From NCBI GenBank assembly GCA_035271645.1, contig DATERJ010000012.1:28964-92963 (forward strand): DNA of 64,000 bases. Direction: 5' to 3'. The notes under the pieces were generated by a model. It was not told where the DNA came from. It saw only the letters and a program-made list of their open reading frames with translations, and did no database searches. This DNA is from Candidatus Dojkabacteria bacterium (GTDB lineage: Bacteria; Patescibacteriota; Dojkabacteria; SC72). Position 1 is the first letter of the stretch; each line of letters opens with the position of its first letter. Below are positions 25,413 through 35,748 of the stretch, piece after piece. The position numbers and the translations under genes were made by a program.

Positions 25413-28397
25413 ATGAAATATAGTGTAGGTTTTTCAGACAGTAGAAGAAGAAATGTAAGGAGTGCGGGAGGGAAGAGCTCTTTGGGACAGTCGTTTAGGT
25501 CTGGGAAGTTTGGGTTTGATAAGTATAAGAATGTAAAGAAGTATGCTTCTAGGAATTTGGGGAGTAAAACGGCTAGACATAGCAGTAAAAAGAGACCTAA
25601 AGACAAGAAAAAGCTTAAGAAGATATTCTTTGTGGGTTTAGGAGTTCTGTTCTTCATGGGGTGTATAGGTTTAGTAGTTTTAGGAATCTATTTAAAGAAA
25701 TTAGGTGATTCACTCCCATCTCCAAATGAGCTAATTTCAAGAAGTTCTGATCAGAGTACACAGATTTTAGATAGGAAGGGTAATGTCCTCTATACCGTAT
25801 ATGGTGATGAGAACAGAGAATTTGTTTCTATTGATAAGATTCCAGAACATACAAGAAAAGCTGTGTTAGCTGCAGAGGATGCGGAGTTCTATCAGCATAA
25901 AGGGATTGATTTGGTTGGTATTGCCAGAGCAGTAATTCAAAATATTAGAGGAAGAAGAGTTGTTAGTGGTGCTAGTACCCTTACTCAGCAGTTGGTAAAA
26001 AAGACATTGCTCTATGATATCTTGGGTGAAGAGGCTAATGAGAGAACAATTGCAAGAAAGGTGAAAGAGGTGCTAATAACAATGCAGGTGGAACAAACAT
26101 TCACAAAGGATGAGATCTTACAGATGTATATGAATGAAATTCCTTTGGGAGGTGTGAACTATGGATTTCAAGCTGCGGCACATTCATATTTTGGTAAAGA
26201 TGTAAGCGAGCTTACTCTTGCAGAGAGTGCTATGTTGGCCGGTATTATTCAAGCTCCTGGTGTGTACTCTCCTCTTTATGGTAGAGATGCAGAGAGTGGT
26301 AAAGTAAGGCAGAAGTATGTTCTAGACCAATTAGAGTCAAAGGAGCGATTGTTTGGTATTTCTAAAGAGGAGATAGATAAAGCACGAGAGGAAGAGTTAG
26401 TATACAAGCCTTCTAGGATTGATATCAAAGCGCCACATTTTGTCTTTTATGTCAAAGCAGAACTAGAGGAAGAATTTGGCGTGGATGTTGTAGAGAAAGG
26501 TGGACTTAAGGTAACGACAACTCTAGACCCTACTCTTCAGAGTATTGCGGAGGAGGAGATTACTAAGGGGGTTGAGAGAGCTGCGAAGCGATACAATGCT
26601 AATAATGGTGCTATGGTTGTAATTAACCCTAAGAATGGGCAGTTACTTTCTATGGTTGGTTCAGTTGACTACTGGAAGACTGATGACCCTAGGGTTGATG
26701 GGAATGTAAATATTACGACTAGTTATAGACAGATGGGTTCTGCAGTTAAGCCATTCGTGTATTTGAGCTCGATTATAAACAGAGGGACTGGTCCATGGAC
26801 AGTAACCCCTGATATCAACAATGTTGCTTTTGGAAGGTACAAACCAACAAACTGGGATAATAGGTATTATGGTTTAATAACTTCTAGGAAGGCATTAGTT
26901 GAGTCAAGAAATATTCCTGCGGTGTATACATTGCAAATGGGTGGGATTGACAATTTCCTTCAGCTTATGCAGAGGCTTGGTGTGTCTGGGATGGAGAATA
27001 AGGCAGATTATGGTTTAAGTATTGCTTTGGGTTCGGCAGAGATGCGAATGACTGAATTTGCGAATGCTTTTGCCACTTTAGCTAATGGTGGTGTTAAACA
27101 TGATTTGGTGTCCATTTTGAAGGTGGAGAATGCTAAGGGAGAGGTGCTTAAGGAGTACAAGGATAATGAAGGTCAGAGGGTTGTAGATGAAAAGGAGGCT
27201 TATCTTGTCAACTGGATGATTTGTGATTTGCAGAGATTTAATGACAGACCTGATAATAGATATTATACAGTCAAAGGAAGGAAGCTTTGTGGAAAGACAG
27301 GTACAACAAATGGGCCTAAGGATCTTTTAACCTTCCTTTACAATCAGAGTATCGTTGTAGGTGTTTGGAATGGGAATAACAACAATATTGTAATGCCAAG
27401 AGCATGGGCCACAACAGTCTCTCTGCCTCTTGCACATTCTTTCTTGCAGAGAGTAATTGATTCGTATGGAGAGTTCAACTTTAATAGACCTGCTGGTATT
27501 ATGACTACAAGTGTTTGTAAAGATACTGGAGCAACTCCTGCTGATGGAGTTGAGTGTAATAAGGAGGCTTCAATATATATCTCTGGTAGGTCTCCACAAG
27601 TTGATGATAGAAAGGCAATTGAGGTGTGTACTGCTGATGGAACGATTCCTACAAACTTAGAGGTTGCTAAACAGTATGGTTTAACAACAACTAAGATACT
27701 TTTGTCAACAAAACTAGAGAATCCAATGCAGGAAGATGCGTATCGTGCCTACCTTAATGCTAGTGAGAAATATCTTTTTGAGATGCCAGAGAGTAAGGTT
27801 TGTTTACCTCCATTAGGTCCAGATGGTGCACCTTTAGTAGATATTGCTTCTCCTACAGCAGGACAAGCTTTTTCGACAGGACAGAATATTGAGATAAAAG
27901 GAAGTGTAGTAGCACAGGGAGGTTTGAGTGCTTTTAGTATAACGGTTGGTGGGCAGATAGTTCCTGGAGTTGATCAGAGTTCTGTGAGGGCTGATGGGAC
28001 TTACATAATCAACTATGTTGTTCCTGGTAGTATGAATGGTAGTAAGGCGATTGTTGTTAGTGCAAAGGATATTGCTGGGAAAGTCGGGAGTAAGAGTGTT
28101 AATATTACCTTGGGTAACTCTGTTCCATCATCTTCACTTGAAATTATTCAACCAACCGATGGTAGTACTGTAGCTACTAATACACAGATAATTGTTGAAA
28201 TTGTTGGAGAGGCGATATCAGGGGTAAGTATAACAATTGGAAATGGAGGTATATCCACAGCACCTCAGAAGATTGGGGAGAAAAGGTGGGCAATTACGAT
28301 TCCTGCAACAATGGCTCCAGGTCCGTATAAAATCAAAGCTTCCGCCCTTGTTGATGGTAAGACATTGGAGAAATCAATAAATGTTAAAGTTAAATAA
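25413..28397 (+). CDS. class A penicillin-binding protein (bifunctional glycosyltransferase/transpeptidase, PBP1A-like) with C-terminal Ig-like domains
   Basis: 994 aa. N-terminal TM. GT51 motifs EDAEFYQHKGID and GASTLTQQLVK. Transpeptidase SAVKPF (SxxK), SRN and KTGT. About 250-aa beta-rich C-terminal extension. Confidence 0.85.
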   Translation: MKYSVGFSDSRRRNVRSAGGKSSLGQSFRSGKFGFDKYKNVKKYASRNLGSKTARHSSKKRPKDKKKLKKIFFVGLGVLFFMGCIGLVVLGIYLKKLGDSLPSPNELISRSSDQSTQILDRKGNVLYTVYGDENREFVSIDKIPEHTRKAVLAAEDAEFYQHKGIDLVGIARAVIQNIRGRRVVSGASTLTQQLVKKTLLYDILGEEANERTIARKVKEVLITMQVEQTFTKDEILQMYMNEIPLGGVNYGFQAAAHSYFGKDVSELTLAESAMLAGIIQAPGVYSPLYGRDAESGKVRQKYVLDQLESKERLFGISKEEIDKAREEELVYKPSRIDIKAPHFVFYVKAELEEEFGVDVVEKGGLKVTTTLDPTLQSIAEEEITKGVERAAKRYNANNGAMVVINPKNGQLLSMVGSVDYWKTDDPRVDGNVNITTSYRQMGSAVKPFVYLSSIINRGTGPWTVTPDINNVAFGRYKPTNWDNRYYGLITSRKALVESRNIPAVYTLQMGGIDNFLQLMQRLGVSGMENKADYGLSIALGSAEMRMTEFANAFATLANGGVKHDLVSILKVENAKGEVLKEYKDNEGQRVVDEKEAYLVNWMICDLQRFNDRPDNRYYTVKGRKLCGKTGTTNGPKDLLTFLYNQSIVVGVWNGNNNNIVMPRAWATTVSLPLAHSFLQRVIDSYGEFNFNRPAGIMTTSVCKDTGATPADGVECNKEASIYISGRSPQVDDRKAIEVCTADGTIPTNLEVAKQYGLTTTKILLSTKLENPMQEDAYRAYLNASEKYLFEMPESKVCLPPLGPDGAPLVDIASPTAGQAFSTGQNIEIKGSVVAQGGLSAFSITVGGQIVPGVDQSSVRADGTYIINYVVPGSMNGSKAIVVSAKDIAGKVGSKSVNITLGNSVPSSSLEIIQPTDGSTVATNTQIIVEIVGEAISGVSITIGNGGISTAPQKIGEKRWAITIPATMAPGPYKIKASALVDGKTLEKSINVKVK

Positions 28398-30867
28398 CTT
28401 TAGCATCAAACACTCTTTCAAAATCCTTTATAACCTTCTCTGAAATCTTCTTAATATCCTTGTCACTAGCAGTTCTGTCATATTTGCTAGCAATTACTCT
28501 TAATGTTGTTCTTTTAACATTTTTCATATTAGGGCTCTTGTAAATATCAATACACTCTACCCTAGCCCAACTCTCTTTGTCATTAAGAATTCTCTCCAAT
28601 TCTGAAATCATACTTTGACATCCAATCTCATCTTTTGTCTCAAAACTAAAATCTAAGGAGAAAGTGGGATAAATAGGAACCTCAAGATACTGGTTTCTCT
28701 TTACATCTAGCTCAAGAAGTCTGTTAAGGTTAATATCGATACCACAACTGTAATCAGAAAGTTTAAACTCTTCTTTAACACTTTTTGTAAATTCACCTAC
28801 TATACCAATTGCAGTACCATTTATGAAGCATATAGCTGAAGTATTAGGGTCAAACATAGGAAGTATTACTTTAACATCCTCTGGTAAATCTTGTTCTAAT
28901 GAATCTGCTATTAATACATAATTACATTTATCTGTGTTTAGAACCTTTTCCAAATATTTCTTACCCCAATAGTATGCAGAGCCAGAATCTTGTATATTGT
29001 TTTTGTTAAGAATACATGAAAGATGCCAATCTTCTTTTGGTAGAGAGTTCTCATCAACATATCCCTTTATATGTGGAATATTAAGTTCAAATAGTCCAAA
29101 CTCTTCAAACCCTCTTTGAATATTCTCTTTACACTTGGAAAGAATACTTTGTAGTAATGAAGTCCTCATGAATTTTAATTCTGGAGAGATTGCATTCTTA
29201 ACCACAAAAGCCCTGTCTAAATCTAAGTTGCTTTTCTGAAAATTGGATTCACTAGTAAAACTGTATGTTAGGATCTCGTTTGCACCTAAGTCAGAGAGAG
29301 TTTTCCTAATCTCTTTCTTCAAATTAAATATCTTGTTATCTTTAAGTGGTGTAATATCTTTGTGGGGCAACCTAATATCAATATTATTGTAGCCATGGAT
29401 TCTTGCTACATCTTCATAGATGTCCTCTTCTATTGCAACATCTCTTCTCCAACTTGGAACAATAACGGTGAGGAAGCCATCTCCTTTTGACTTGACTCTA
29501 TACTCTAGTGAGAGAAGGAGTTTTTCTACTTCTTCTTTCTTAAGATTAAGTCCTACCTTTATGTTTAATCTCTCGATATTTATTGTTATTAGTTGTTCTT
29601 GGTAGGGTTCTTCATATATATCAATAACTTCGGAAGCAACTTTACCACCAGTTATCTCTTTTGTAAGTTCTACTGCTTTTAGGAGTGCAGGTATACATGC
29701 TTCGGTATCTAATGAGTGTTTGTACTTTGTAGCAGCATCTGTATTTAGACCTAAATCCATTGAGGTTCTCCTTATACTATTCTTGTCAAAATTTGCTGAT
29801 TCGAAAACAACTCTCTTTGTATTCTCATCAACACTAGTATCCCTACCACCCATAACTCCAGCAATGGCAATTGGGTTTGTATTATCGGCAATTACCATAA
29901 CTCGATCGTTTAACTCATGAATCTTGTTGTCTAATCCAAGAATCTTCTCGTTATCTCTTGCCATTCGAACATTGATAGTAATCTTGTTGTTAGCTGCAGG
30001 GTCTGTGTTAATAATTTTGTCATAATCAAATGCATGAAGAGGTTGTCCAAAGAGGGCTGAGACATAGTTTGTAATATCAACAATACTGTTTGTTGGTTTA
30101 ACATCAAGTCTAAGAAGAGCTGATTTGAGCCATGTTGGAGATTCTCCATTAGTAATATTGTCCATAGCTATTGCTGTATATCTAGGACAGAGTGCTTCTG
30201 CATCATTTACAACATCAAGACTCAAACAGTTCTGTTCTGGTTTAATATTCTTTTTCTGGTTTCTGTACCATGCTGGACTTTCAAACCTCTCACCTGTAAT
30301 TGCAACTAGTTCTCTCGCCATTCCTACTAGACCGAAAAGGTCTCCTCTGTTTGTCAATGCCTTGTTCTCAACACTAACTACAAAGTCATTGAAAGAGTAG
30401 TATTCAGCAAAAGGTGTTCCGGGTATTGCATCAGAAGGAAGTCGCATAACATGGTCATGGTTTGGTCCAATGTTTAGTTCCTTCTCTGACCCTAGCATTC
30501 CATTGGAATCAACCCCTCTTAATTTGATAGCTTTGATTACGAAGGGTTCTTCTTCGTAGATAGAGTACGGGACAATGGAGTTTGGTTTGATGTACGCCAC
30601 CTTATCCCCTATCTCTAGTGTTTTATCTCCTGCAACTACTTGGTGTCTTGTTTCCTCACCTGTAAATACTTTGTATACTCCTAATTTGTCTGCATCTGGA
30701 TGATCTTTTTTCTCAACAATTTCAGCTACAACAATACCTTCATACTCTTTAGAAATATCATGAGAGTATTCTACATTCCCAATATGTGTATTTATCAAAT
30801 CAACAATATCTTCATTCGATATATTGATATCACTAATTGTTTTTAATAGTTCAGTAGTATATCTCAT
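28390..30867 (-). CDS. pheT: phenylalanine--tRNA ligase beta subunit
   Basis: 825 aa. Immediately downstream of pheS with overlapping stop/start. B3/4 and B5 domain-like regions. C-terminal FDX-ACB-like domain. Confidence 0.85.
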   Translation of the reverse strand: MRYTTELLKTISDINISNEDIVDLINTHIGNVEYSHDISKEYEGIVVAEIVEKKDHPDADKLGVYKVFTGEETRHQVVAGDKTLEIGDKVAYIKPNSIVPYSIYEEEPFVIKAIKLRGVDSNGMLGSEKELNIGPNHDHVMRLPSDAIPGTPFAEYYSFNDFVVSVENKALTNRGDLFGLVGMARELVAITGERFESPAWYRNQKKNIKPEQNCLSLDVVNDAEALCPRYTAIAMDNITNGESPTWLKSALLRLDVKPTNSIVDITNYVSALFGQPLHAFDYDKIINTDPAANNKITINVRMARDNEKILGLDNKIHELNDRVMVIADNTNPIAIAGVMGGRDTSVDENTKRVVFESANFDKNSIRRTSMDLGLNTDAATKYKHSLDTEACIPALLKAVELTKEITGGKVASEVIDIYEEPYQEQLITINIERLNIKVGLNLKKEEVEKLLLSLEYRVKSKGDGFLTVIVPSWRRDVAIEEDIYEDVARIHGYNNIDIRLPHKDITPLKDNKIFNLKKEIRKTLSDLGANEILTYSFTSESNFQKSNLDLDRAFVVKNAISPELKFMRTSLLQSILSKCKENIQRGFEEFGLFELNIPHIKGYVDENSLPKEDWHLSCILNKNNIQDSGSAYYWGKKYLEKVLNTDKCNYVLIADSLEQDLPEDVKVILPMFDPNTSAICFINGTAIGIVGEFTKSVKEEFKLSDYSCGIDINLNRLLELDVKRNQYLEVPIYPTFSLDFSFETKDEIGCQSMISELERILNDKESWARVECIDIYKSPNMKNVKRTTLRVIASKYDRTASDKDIKKISEKVIKDFERVFDAKVI

Positions 30868-31904
30868 TAGAATTGTCGTAAGAAGTTAAGATTGTTATCT
30901 CTTAAATATCTAATATCATTTATTCCTAGCTTAATCATTGTTAATCTATCAACTCCGAAACCCCATGCAAAGCCAGAGTACTTCTCAGGATCTATTTCTG
31001 CCTGTCTTAGAACATTCGGATGTATCATTCCACACCCCATTAACTCTATCCATCCAGAGTGTCCACATGTAGAACAACCTGCTTTTTTACAGAATGGACA
31101 ACTAATTACAAATTCACAATCAGGTTCTGTGAATGGGAAGAAAGAAGGTTGTACTCTAACTTCCAATTCGGTATCTAAGTATTTCTGCAGGAACTCTTTG
31201 ATAGTAGCAATCATATTTCCTAAAGACACTCCTTCATCGACATATATTCCTTCAATTTGATGGAATGTATGTTCATGACTTGCATCTGTTGCTTCATGTC
31301 TAAAGCATCGTCCTGGTAGTACTACTGCAATTGGTGGAGGTCCAAATATTTTCATTGCTCTGTTTTGCATTGTGGATGTGTGTGCGGGTAGGACCTGTCC
31401 TTCTTCTGTCCAGAATGTGTCATACATATCTCTTGCAGGATGTCCTACTGGGAAGTTTAGGGACTCAAACATATGATAGTCATCATCTAGTTGTTTGCTT
31501 TCTAATACATTGAACCCCATTCCTTTGAAGATTTCTACCCATCTTTCAACTTCGGAAGTAAGAGGATGTTTTGTACCCTTTGTATCCAACCACGATTGTA
31601 TGTTTTCTTTTTTAATATTTACATCGAAAGGTGCTGTTGGATCAATCCTTTCTTTTGAGGAGTATTCTTTCTTCTCTGTTTCTTTTCCTTCCAGTATCTC
31701 AGTTAGGATTTTTTTCAATTCATTTGCTTCCCTCCCATACTCTCCCCTATCCTTTTTATCGATATTAGCAATCTCTGAGAATGCTTTTGTAAGAAGTCCT
31801 TCTTTAGATGAATACTTTTTCTTAAGTTCATCTGTATTTAATTTTTCTTTATCTGTTAGAAGAGATTGATATATTTCTTCCAAATTTTTGTTTTTAAAAT
31901 CCAT
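30867..31904 (-). CDS. pheS: phenylalanine--tRNA ligase alpha subunit
   Basis: 345 aa. Class II motifs FRHEATDASHEHTFHQIEG and GFAWGFGVDRL. Zn-ribbon-like CPFCKKAGCSTC. Confidence 0.9.
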   Translation of the reverse strand: MDFKNKNLEEIYQSLLTDKEKLNTDELKKKYSSKEGLLTKAFSEIANIDKKDRGEYGREANELKKILTEILEGKETEKKEYSSKERIDPTAPFDVNIKKENIQSWLDTKGTKHPLTSEVERWVEIFKGMGFNVLESKQLDDDYHMFESLNFPVGHPARDMYDTFWTEEGQVLPAHTSTMQNRAMKIFGPPPIAVVLPGRCFRHEATDASHEHTFHQIEGIYVDEGVSLGNMIATIKEFLQKYLDTELEVRVQPSFFPFTEPDCEFVISCPFCKKAGCSTCGHSGWIELMGCGMIHPNVLRQAEIDPEKYSGFAWGFGVDRLTMIKLGINDIRYLRDNNLNFLRQF

Positions 31905-31947
31905 GTCTTTAGTATACTACATTGTATATGGAAAAAGGAAGATGAAA

Positions 31948-31976
31948 TTGCAATTCTGTAGGGTTTACGGTATAAT
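31948..31976 (+). promoter_or_regulatory. consensus-like sigma70 promoter TTGCAA-17nt-TATAAT driving the 31986 ORF
   Basis: TTGCAA at 31948-31953, 17-nt spacer, TATAAT at 31971-31976. The GTG start at 31986 is about 3 nt from the predicted TSS. Confidence 0.5.
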
Positions 31977-31985
31977 ATAGCCTAT

Positions 31986-32543
31986 GTGTTTAGCACATTA
32001 AAAAACAAATATAGATTTCAAAGGAGAAAAAGAAAATTGAAAGAGATTGAAATTAGTTTGCCAATCAAAAGTTCCCCAATTCAAGGTGTCTTATACACCC
32101 GTGATTTTGTGGGAAGACGTCACATATTTTTGGATTTTATACTTTCATCTTCACATTTGGAGTGTGAGAATCTTCAAATTATACCGTTTGATACAAGATA
32201 TGAATGTGCCATTGTGCCAAAAGTATGTGCGGCTGGTGAGTCAGCTCAGAGTCAGTTGATGGTAACTGTTTTGGACAACAACTTCAAATTTTTGCAAAAG
32301 CGAACAGTTGGAAAGCAATATATTGTTGAAACTTCAGATGAAGTAAAGAATCCAAAACTGTACTTAATTGAGGATTTGGAAAAAGACTTGTCAATGGCAA
32401 TACAGAGAAGTCTTGAAGACAGTCACCATCTTCAATATTGGTTGAAGGATTTCAAAGGTTTGAGTGAAGAAGACTTTCTCCAGAAGACTAAAGAGTATTC
32501 AAAAACAATCTCTAAAAGTCTGCTTAAGGATTTAAAACCTTAA
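31986..32543 (+). CDS. hypothetical protein (185 aa), antisense-oriented within the thrS-infC-rpmI-rplT / pheST region
   Basis: GTG-start ORF with its own promoter and downstream terminator hairpin. An alternative TTG start near 32037 has an AAAGGAG SD. No motif recognised. Confidence 0.5.
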   Translation: MFSTLKNKYRFQRRKRKLKEIEISLPIKSSPIQGVLYTRDFVGRRHIFLDFILSSSHLECENLQIIPFDTRYECAIVPKVCAAGESAQSQLMVTVLDNNFKFLQKRTVGKQYIVETSDEVKNPKLYLIEDLEKDLSMAIQRSLEDSHHLQYWLKDFKGLSEEDFLQKTKEYSKTISKSLLKDLKP

Positions 32544-32567
32544 ACCTAAATCTATAATCTTGTCCCA

Positions 32568-32617
32568 CCTAAGGATTGTATATTGAGTTATCTCATCAGT
32601 CCTTAGGATTTGTTTTT
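32568..32617 (+). terminator. hairpin (CCTAAGGA...TCCTTAGG) followed by ATTTGTTTTT; candidate terminator of the 31986 ORF
   Basis: 8-bp stem with a large 24-nt loop, then a T-run. Confidence 0.4.
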
Positions 32618-32630
32618 CATATACTCTAAT

Positions 32631-32655
32631 AACAAAAAAGGACTCTTCCGAGTCC
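32631..32655 (-). terminator. intrinsic terminator of rplT (GGACTC-TTCC-GAGTCC hairpin followed by U6 on the minus strand)
   Basis: 6-bp GC-rich stem, 4-nt loop, A6 on the plus strand = U6 after the hairpin on the minus strand. Confidence 0.6.
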
Positions 32656-32690
32656 CTTTCAATTTCAATATGTTTTTTTATATCTTATAC

Positions 32691-33029
32691 CTAAAGGGAC
32701 TTTACAATACTTGTAAATACCTCAGGGTTGTTAACAGCAATATCTGCTAAAACCATTCTGTTTAATGCTATCTTGTTCTTTCTTAATCCTGCAACAAAAT
32801 CTTTGTATTTAATATCATTATTCTTACAAGCAGCATTAATCTTGGTAACCCAGATTCTCCTTAGTTGTCCTGCTCTCTTCTGTCTATCATTGTATGCATA
32901 CTGACCTGCATGCATATATGCCTCATGAGCAACTTTGTACAATCTGTTTTTAGTCATTCTGTAGCCTTTTGTTTTGGCTAAGATTTTCTTATGACTTCTT
33001 TTTCTTTTTACTCCGCCTCTAACTCTCAT
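32691..33029 (-). CDS. rplT: 50S ribosomal protein L20
   Basis: 112 aa. MRVRGGVKRKRSHKKILAKTKGYR...RQKRAGQLRRIWVTKINAA. Confidence 0.9.
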   Translation of the reverse strand: MRVRGGVKRKRSHKKILAKTKGYRMTKNRLYKVAHEAYMHAGQYAYNDRQKRAGQLRRIWVTKINAACKNNDIKYKDFVAGLRKNKIALNRMVLADIAVNNPEVFTSIVKSL

Positions 33030-33034
33030 AATAT

Positions 33035-33253
33035 TTATTTATTAACATTAACAACTTTTCTAAGCATCTTCTTTCCAATTGTCTTGGAAACCAATGCATT
33101 ATCTTTTAATCTTCTCTTTTGTGTAGAAGACCTTTTAGTTTTCAAGTGTCCTTGATGGCTCTGTTTGTACATAATCTTGGGGGTTTTATTCCCTCTAGGA
33201 TTAGATACATTAAACCTCTTCTTTGCTGTTTTGTTTGTTTTTTGTCTTGCCAT
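33035..33253 (-). CDS. rpmI: 50S ribosomal protein L35
   Basis: 72-aa highly basic ORF between infC and rplT (classic infC-rpmI-rplT synteny). Its first 44 nt overlap the infC 3' end. Confidence 0.7.
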   Translation of the reverse strand: MARQKTNKTAKKRFNVSNPRGNKTPKIMYKQSHQGHLKTKRSSTQKRRLKDNALVSKTIGKKMLRKVVNVNK

Positions 33254-33776
33254 TAGGTTTAAAATTGATAAATATATTTCTTCCTTCCTTTACTGGACTG
33301 GGTTCGATACTACTATAATCTGCGAAATTAGTCAATATTTCATCAAATACATCACTTGCCTGTTCTCTTGATTGTCTTCCTTTGATAAACATGGTTAGTT
33401 TAACAGGATATCCTTTCCCTAAATATTCTTTGGCCCTTTCAATTCTGTGATTGATATCAGCTTTGTCTATGACGGGAGTAAATCTAAACTCTTTTGTTTC
33501 CTTTGTTTTTCCTTTCTTGTTGCTTCTACTCTTCTTGTTTTGTAGATATATGTATTTAGAGTAGTCCATGATTTTACAGACAGGAGGTCTTACATTAGGT
33601 CCGACTTCTACCAAATCTAATTCTACTTCTTCTGCCATTCTCTTAGCTTCTTCCGTTTTTACAACTCCTACATTCTCACCTTTCTCATTGATTAATTGCA
33701 CTTCCTCTACCCTAATCCATTCGTTTTTTCTAGGGCCATATTTCTTTCTTAAATCCTTTGTGTTGTCAAAAGACAT
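33210..33776 (-). CDS. infC: translation initiation factor IF-3
   Basis: 188 aa. IF3_N (VRLINEKGENVGVV-like) and IF3_C (FRFTPVIDKADINHRIERAKEYL) features. Follows thrS. Confidence 0.85.
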   Translation of the reverse strand: MSFDNTKDLRKKYGPRKNEWIRVEEVQLINEKGENVGVVKTEEAKRMAEEVELDLVEVGPNVRPPVCKIMDYSKYIYLQNKKSRSNKKGKTKETKEFRFTPVIDKADINHRIERAKEYLGKGYPVKLTMFIKGRQSREQASDVFDEILTNFADYSSIEPSPVKEGRNIFINFKPNGKTKNKQNSKEEV

Positions 33777-33794
33777 TATTTATATATATTAAAA

Positions 33795-35591
33795 TTAATT
33801 ATTTTCCTCTGGAGTGAAAGGCTCCTTTGTCCTTATCTCCTCCTTAAGATTGTCGATAAATTCTTGTACTTTCATAAGTCCCTCACTCTTGTTCTTTCTT
33901 GTTCTCACAGAGATGGTTTCTGTTTCAATCTCTTTATCTCCCATAATTACAATGTATGGAATCTTCATCTTCTCTGCATCTCTAATTCTTGATTGCATAC
34001 TCTTTGTTCTGTCATCTAACTTTACTCTTAGTCCTGCACTTCTTAACTCTTCGTAAACCTTGTTAGCATATTCATGGTGTTTATCTGAAATTGGTATGAC
34101 ATATACCTGTTCTGGTGTATACCAGAGTGGGAAATCTCCACCGTGGGTTTCGATAAGGAATGCAAAGAATCTTTCAAATGATCCGATTAAAGCTCTGTGA
34201 ATGACAAATGGCTCTTGTTCTTTTCCTTCTTCGTCGATATATCGGATGTTGAATCTCTCTGGTAAGTTGAAGTCTAATTGGAGTGTAGATACAGAGTCTT
34301 CCTTTCCAAATACATTAACTGCTTGTATATCAATTTTGGGACCATAGAATGCAGCATCTCCTGGCATCTCTTCAAATTCCATCCCTCTGTCAACTAAAAC
34401 TTTTCTTAAAACTTCCTCTGCTAATTTCCATCTTTCTGGGTCTCCTGCATATTTCTTTGGATTAGCTTCTCTGTCTGATAGAGAGAGTCTAAACTTGTAT
34501 TTTGTAAAGCCAATATCTTTGTAGAAAATATCAAGTAGGTCCAATACCTCGTTTATTGCACCTTCTAGTTGTTCTGGTGTACAGAAGATATGAGCATCAT
34601 TCTGTGTGAACCCTCGTACCCTCTGAAGACCTTGTAGCTCTCCAGACTTTTCATACCTGTATACAGTCCCTAGCTCTCCTAATTTGTATGGAAGGTCTCT
34701 ATAGCTCTTTGGACTTAGGTTGTAAACCATCATGCCTGAAGGACAGTTCATAGGTTTTAGATAGTATGTCTCATCATCAACTTGCATGCCTGGGTACATA
34801 GATTCTTTGTAGAAGTCTAGGTGTCCAGATGTTTCAAAAAGCTCTTGTTTGTTAATATGTGGAGTGAGTATATGTTGGTATCCAGCATTCTCTTCAAGCT
34901 CAATCATATAATTTTCTAAAATCCTTCTCATTACATATCCTCTTGGTAACCAAACAGGAAGTCCTTGACCAATCTCTGGGATAAGGGCAAAGAGTTCTAA
35001 CTGCTTCCCAATTCTCCTATGATTCCTATTCTCTATCTCTTCTTGGTTTTTAAGAAAAGTATTTAGTTCATTCTCTGTTTCAAAAGCAGTTCCATATATT
35101 CTTGTTAACATCTTCTTTGTCTCATCTCCCCTCCAGTATGCTCCTGCAGTCTTAGTTAACTTTAGTGCACCGATATCCTTAGTAGAATTGACATGTGGAC
35201 CTCTACAAAGGTCTGCAAATTCATTCTCTCCTGTTATATAGAAGCTTAACTCATCTCCCTCAATTTCTTCTATCAACTCAAGCTTGTATGTTTGATCTGT
35301 TTTCTTTAAATATTCCTCAGCATCTTTTCTTTTCATTGTAACTTGAGTGATTGGGAGATTCTGTTTTACAATCTTTTTCATCTCCTTTTCAATCTTCTTT
35401 AAGTCTGCCTCCTCTATTGGTTCTACAAAATCAAAGTCGTAGTAGAAACCATTTTCAATAGCAGGCCCTATACCTAATTTTGCATCAGGGTATAGTTTTA
35501 AGACAGCTTGTGCTAGTACGTGAGAAGCAGAGTGTCTCATGCTTTCTAGATATTCTTCATGTTGTTGTTTTTCTTCGTTTTCCATATACAA
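33795..35591 (-). CDS. thrS: threonine--tRNA ligase (lacks N-terminal TGS domain)
   Basis: 598 aa. Begins at the editing-domain motif RHSASHVLAQAV. Class II catalytic core. C-terminal anticodon-binding domain. Confidence 0.9.
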   Translation of the reverse strand: MYMENEEKQQHEEYLESMRHSASHVLAQAVLKLYPDAKLGIGPAIENGFYYDFDFVEPIEEADLKKIEKEMKKIVKQNLPITQVTMKRKDAEEYLKKTDQTYKLELIEEIEGDELSFYITGENEFADLCRGPHVNSTKDIGALKLTKTAGAYWRGDETKKMLTRIYGTAFETENELNTFLKNQEEIENRNHRRIGKQLELFALIPEIGQGLPVWLPRGYVMRRILENYMIELEENAGYQHILTPHINKQELFETSGHLDFYKESMYPGMQVDDETYYLKPMNCPSGMMVYNLSPKSYRDLPYKLGELGTVYRYEKSGELQGLQRVRGFTQNDAHIFCTPEQLEGAINEVLDLLDIFYKDIGFTKYKFRLSLSDREANPKKYAGDPERWKLAEEVLRKVLVDRGMEFEEMPGDAAFYGPKIDIQAVNVFGKEDSVSTLQLDFNLPERFNIRYIDEEGKEQEPFVIHRALIGSFERFFAFLIETHGGDFPLWYTPEQVYVIPISDKHHEYANKVYEELRSAGLRVKLDDRTKSMQSRIRDAEKMKIPYIVIMGDKEIETETISVRTRKNKSEGLMKVQEFIDNLKEEIRTKEPFTPEENN

Positions 35592-35719
35592 AAATAAAAA
35601 TATTAATTAAGAAATATGTGTGGGTATGTGGAAATATCACACATTAGAAGGTGTGTGTTGTAAAAACTATCCTACTTAGTTTTGATTTATTTATACCGTA
35701 TATTTTGTACACTATATGT

Positions 35720-35748
35720 ATTTTATATTTTTAAGTTCTTTTTTGCAA
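35720..35748 (-). promoter_or_regulatory. candidate thrS promoter TTGCAA-17nt-TAAAAT (minus strand) giving a roughly 120-nt leader
   Basis: Minus-strand reading TTGCAAaaaagaacttaaaaataTAAAAT. The leader contains CACACA...TGTGTG hairpins. No SD at the thrS ATG. Confidence 0.4.
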
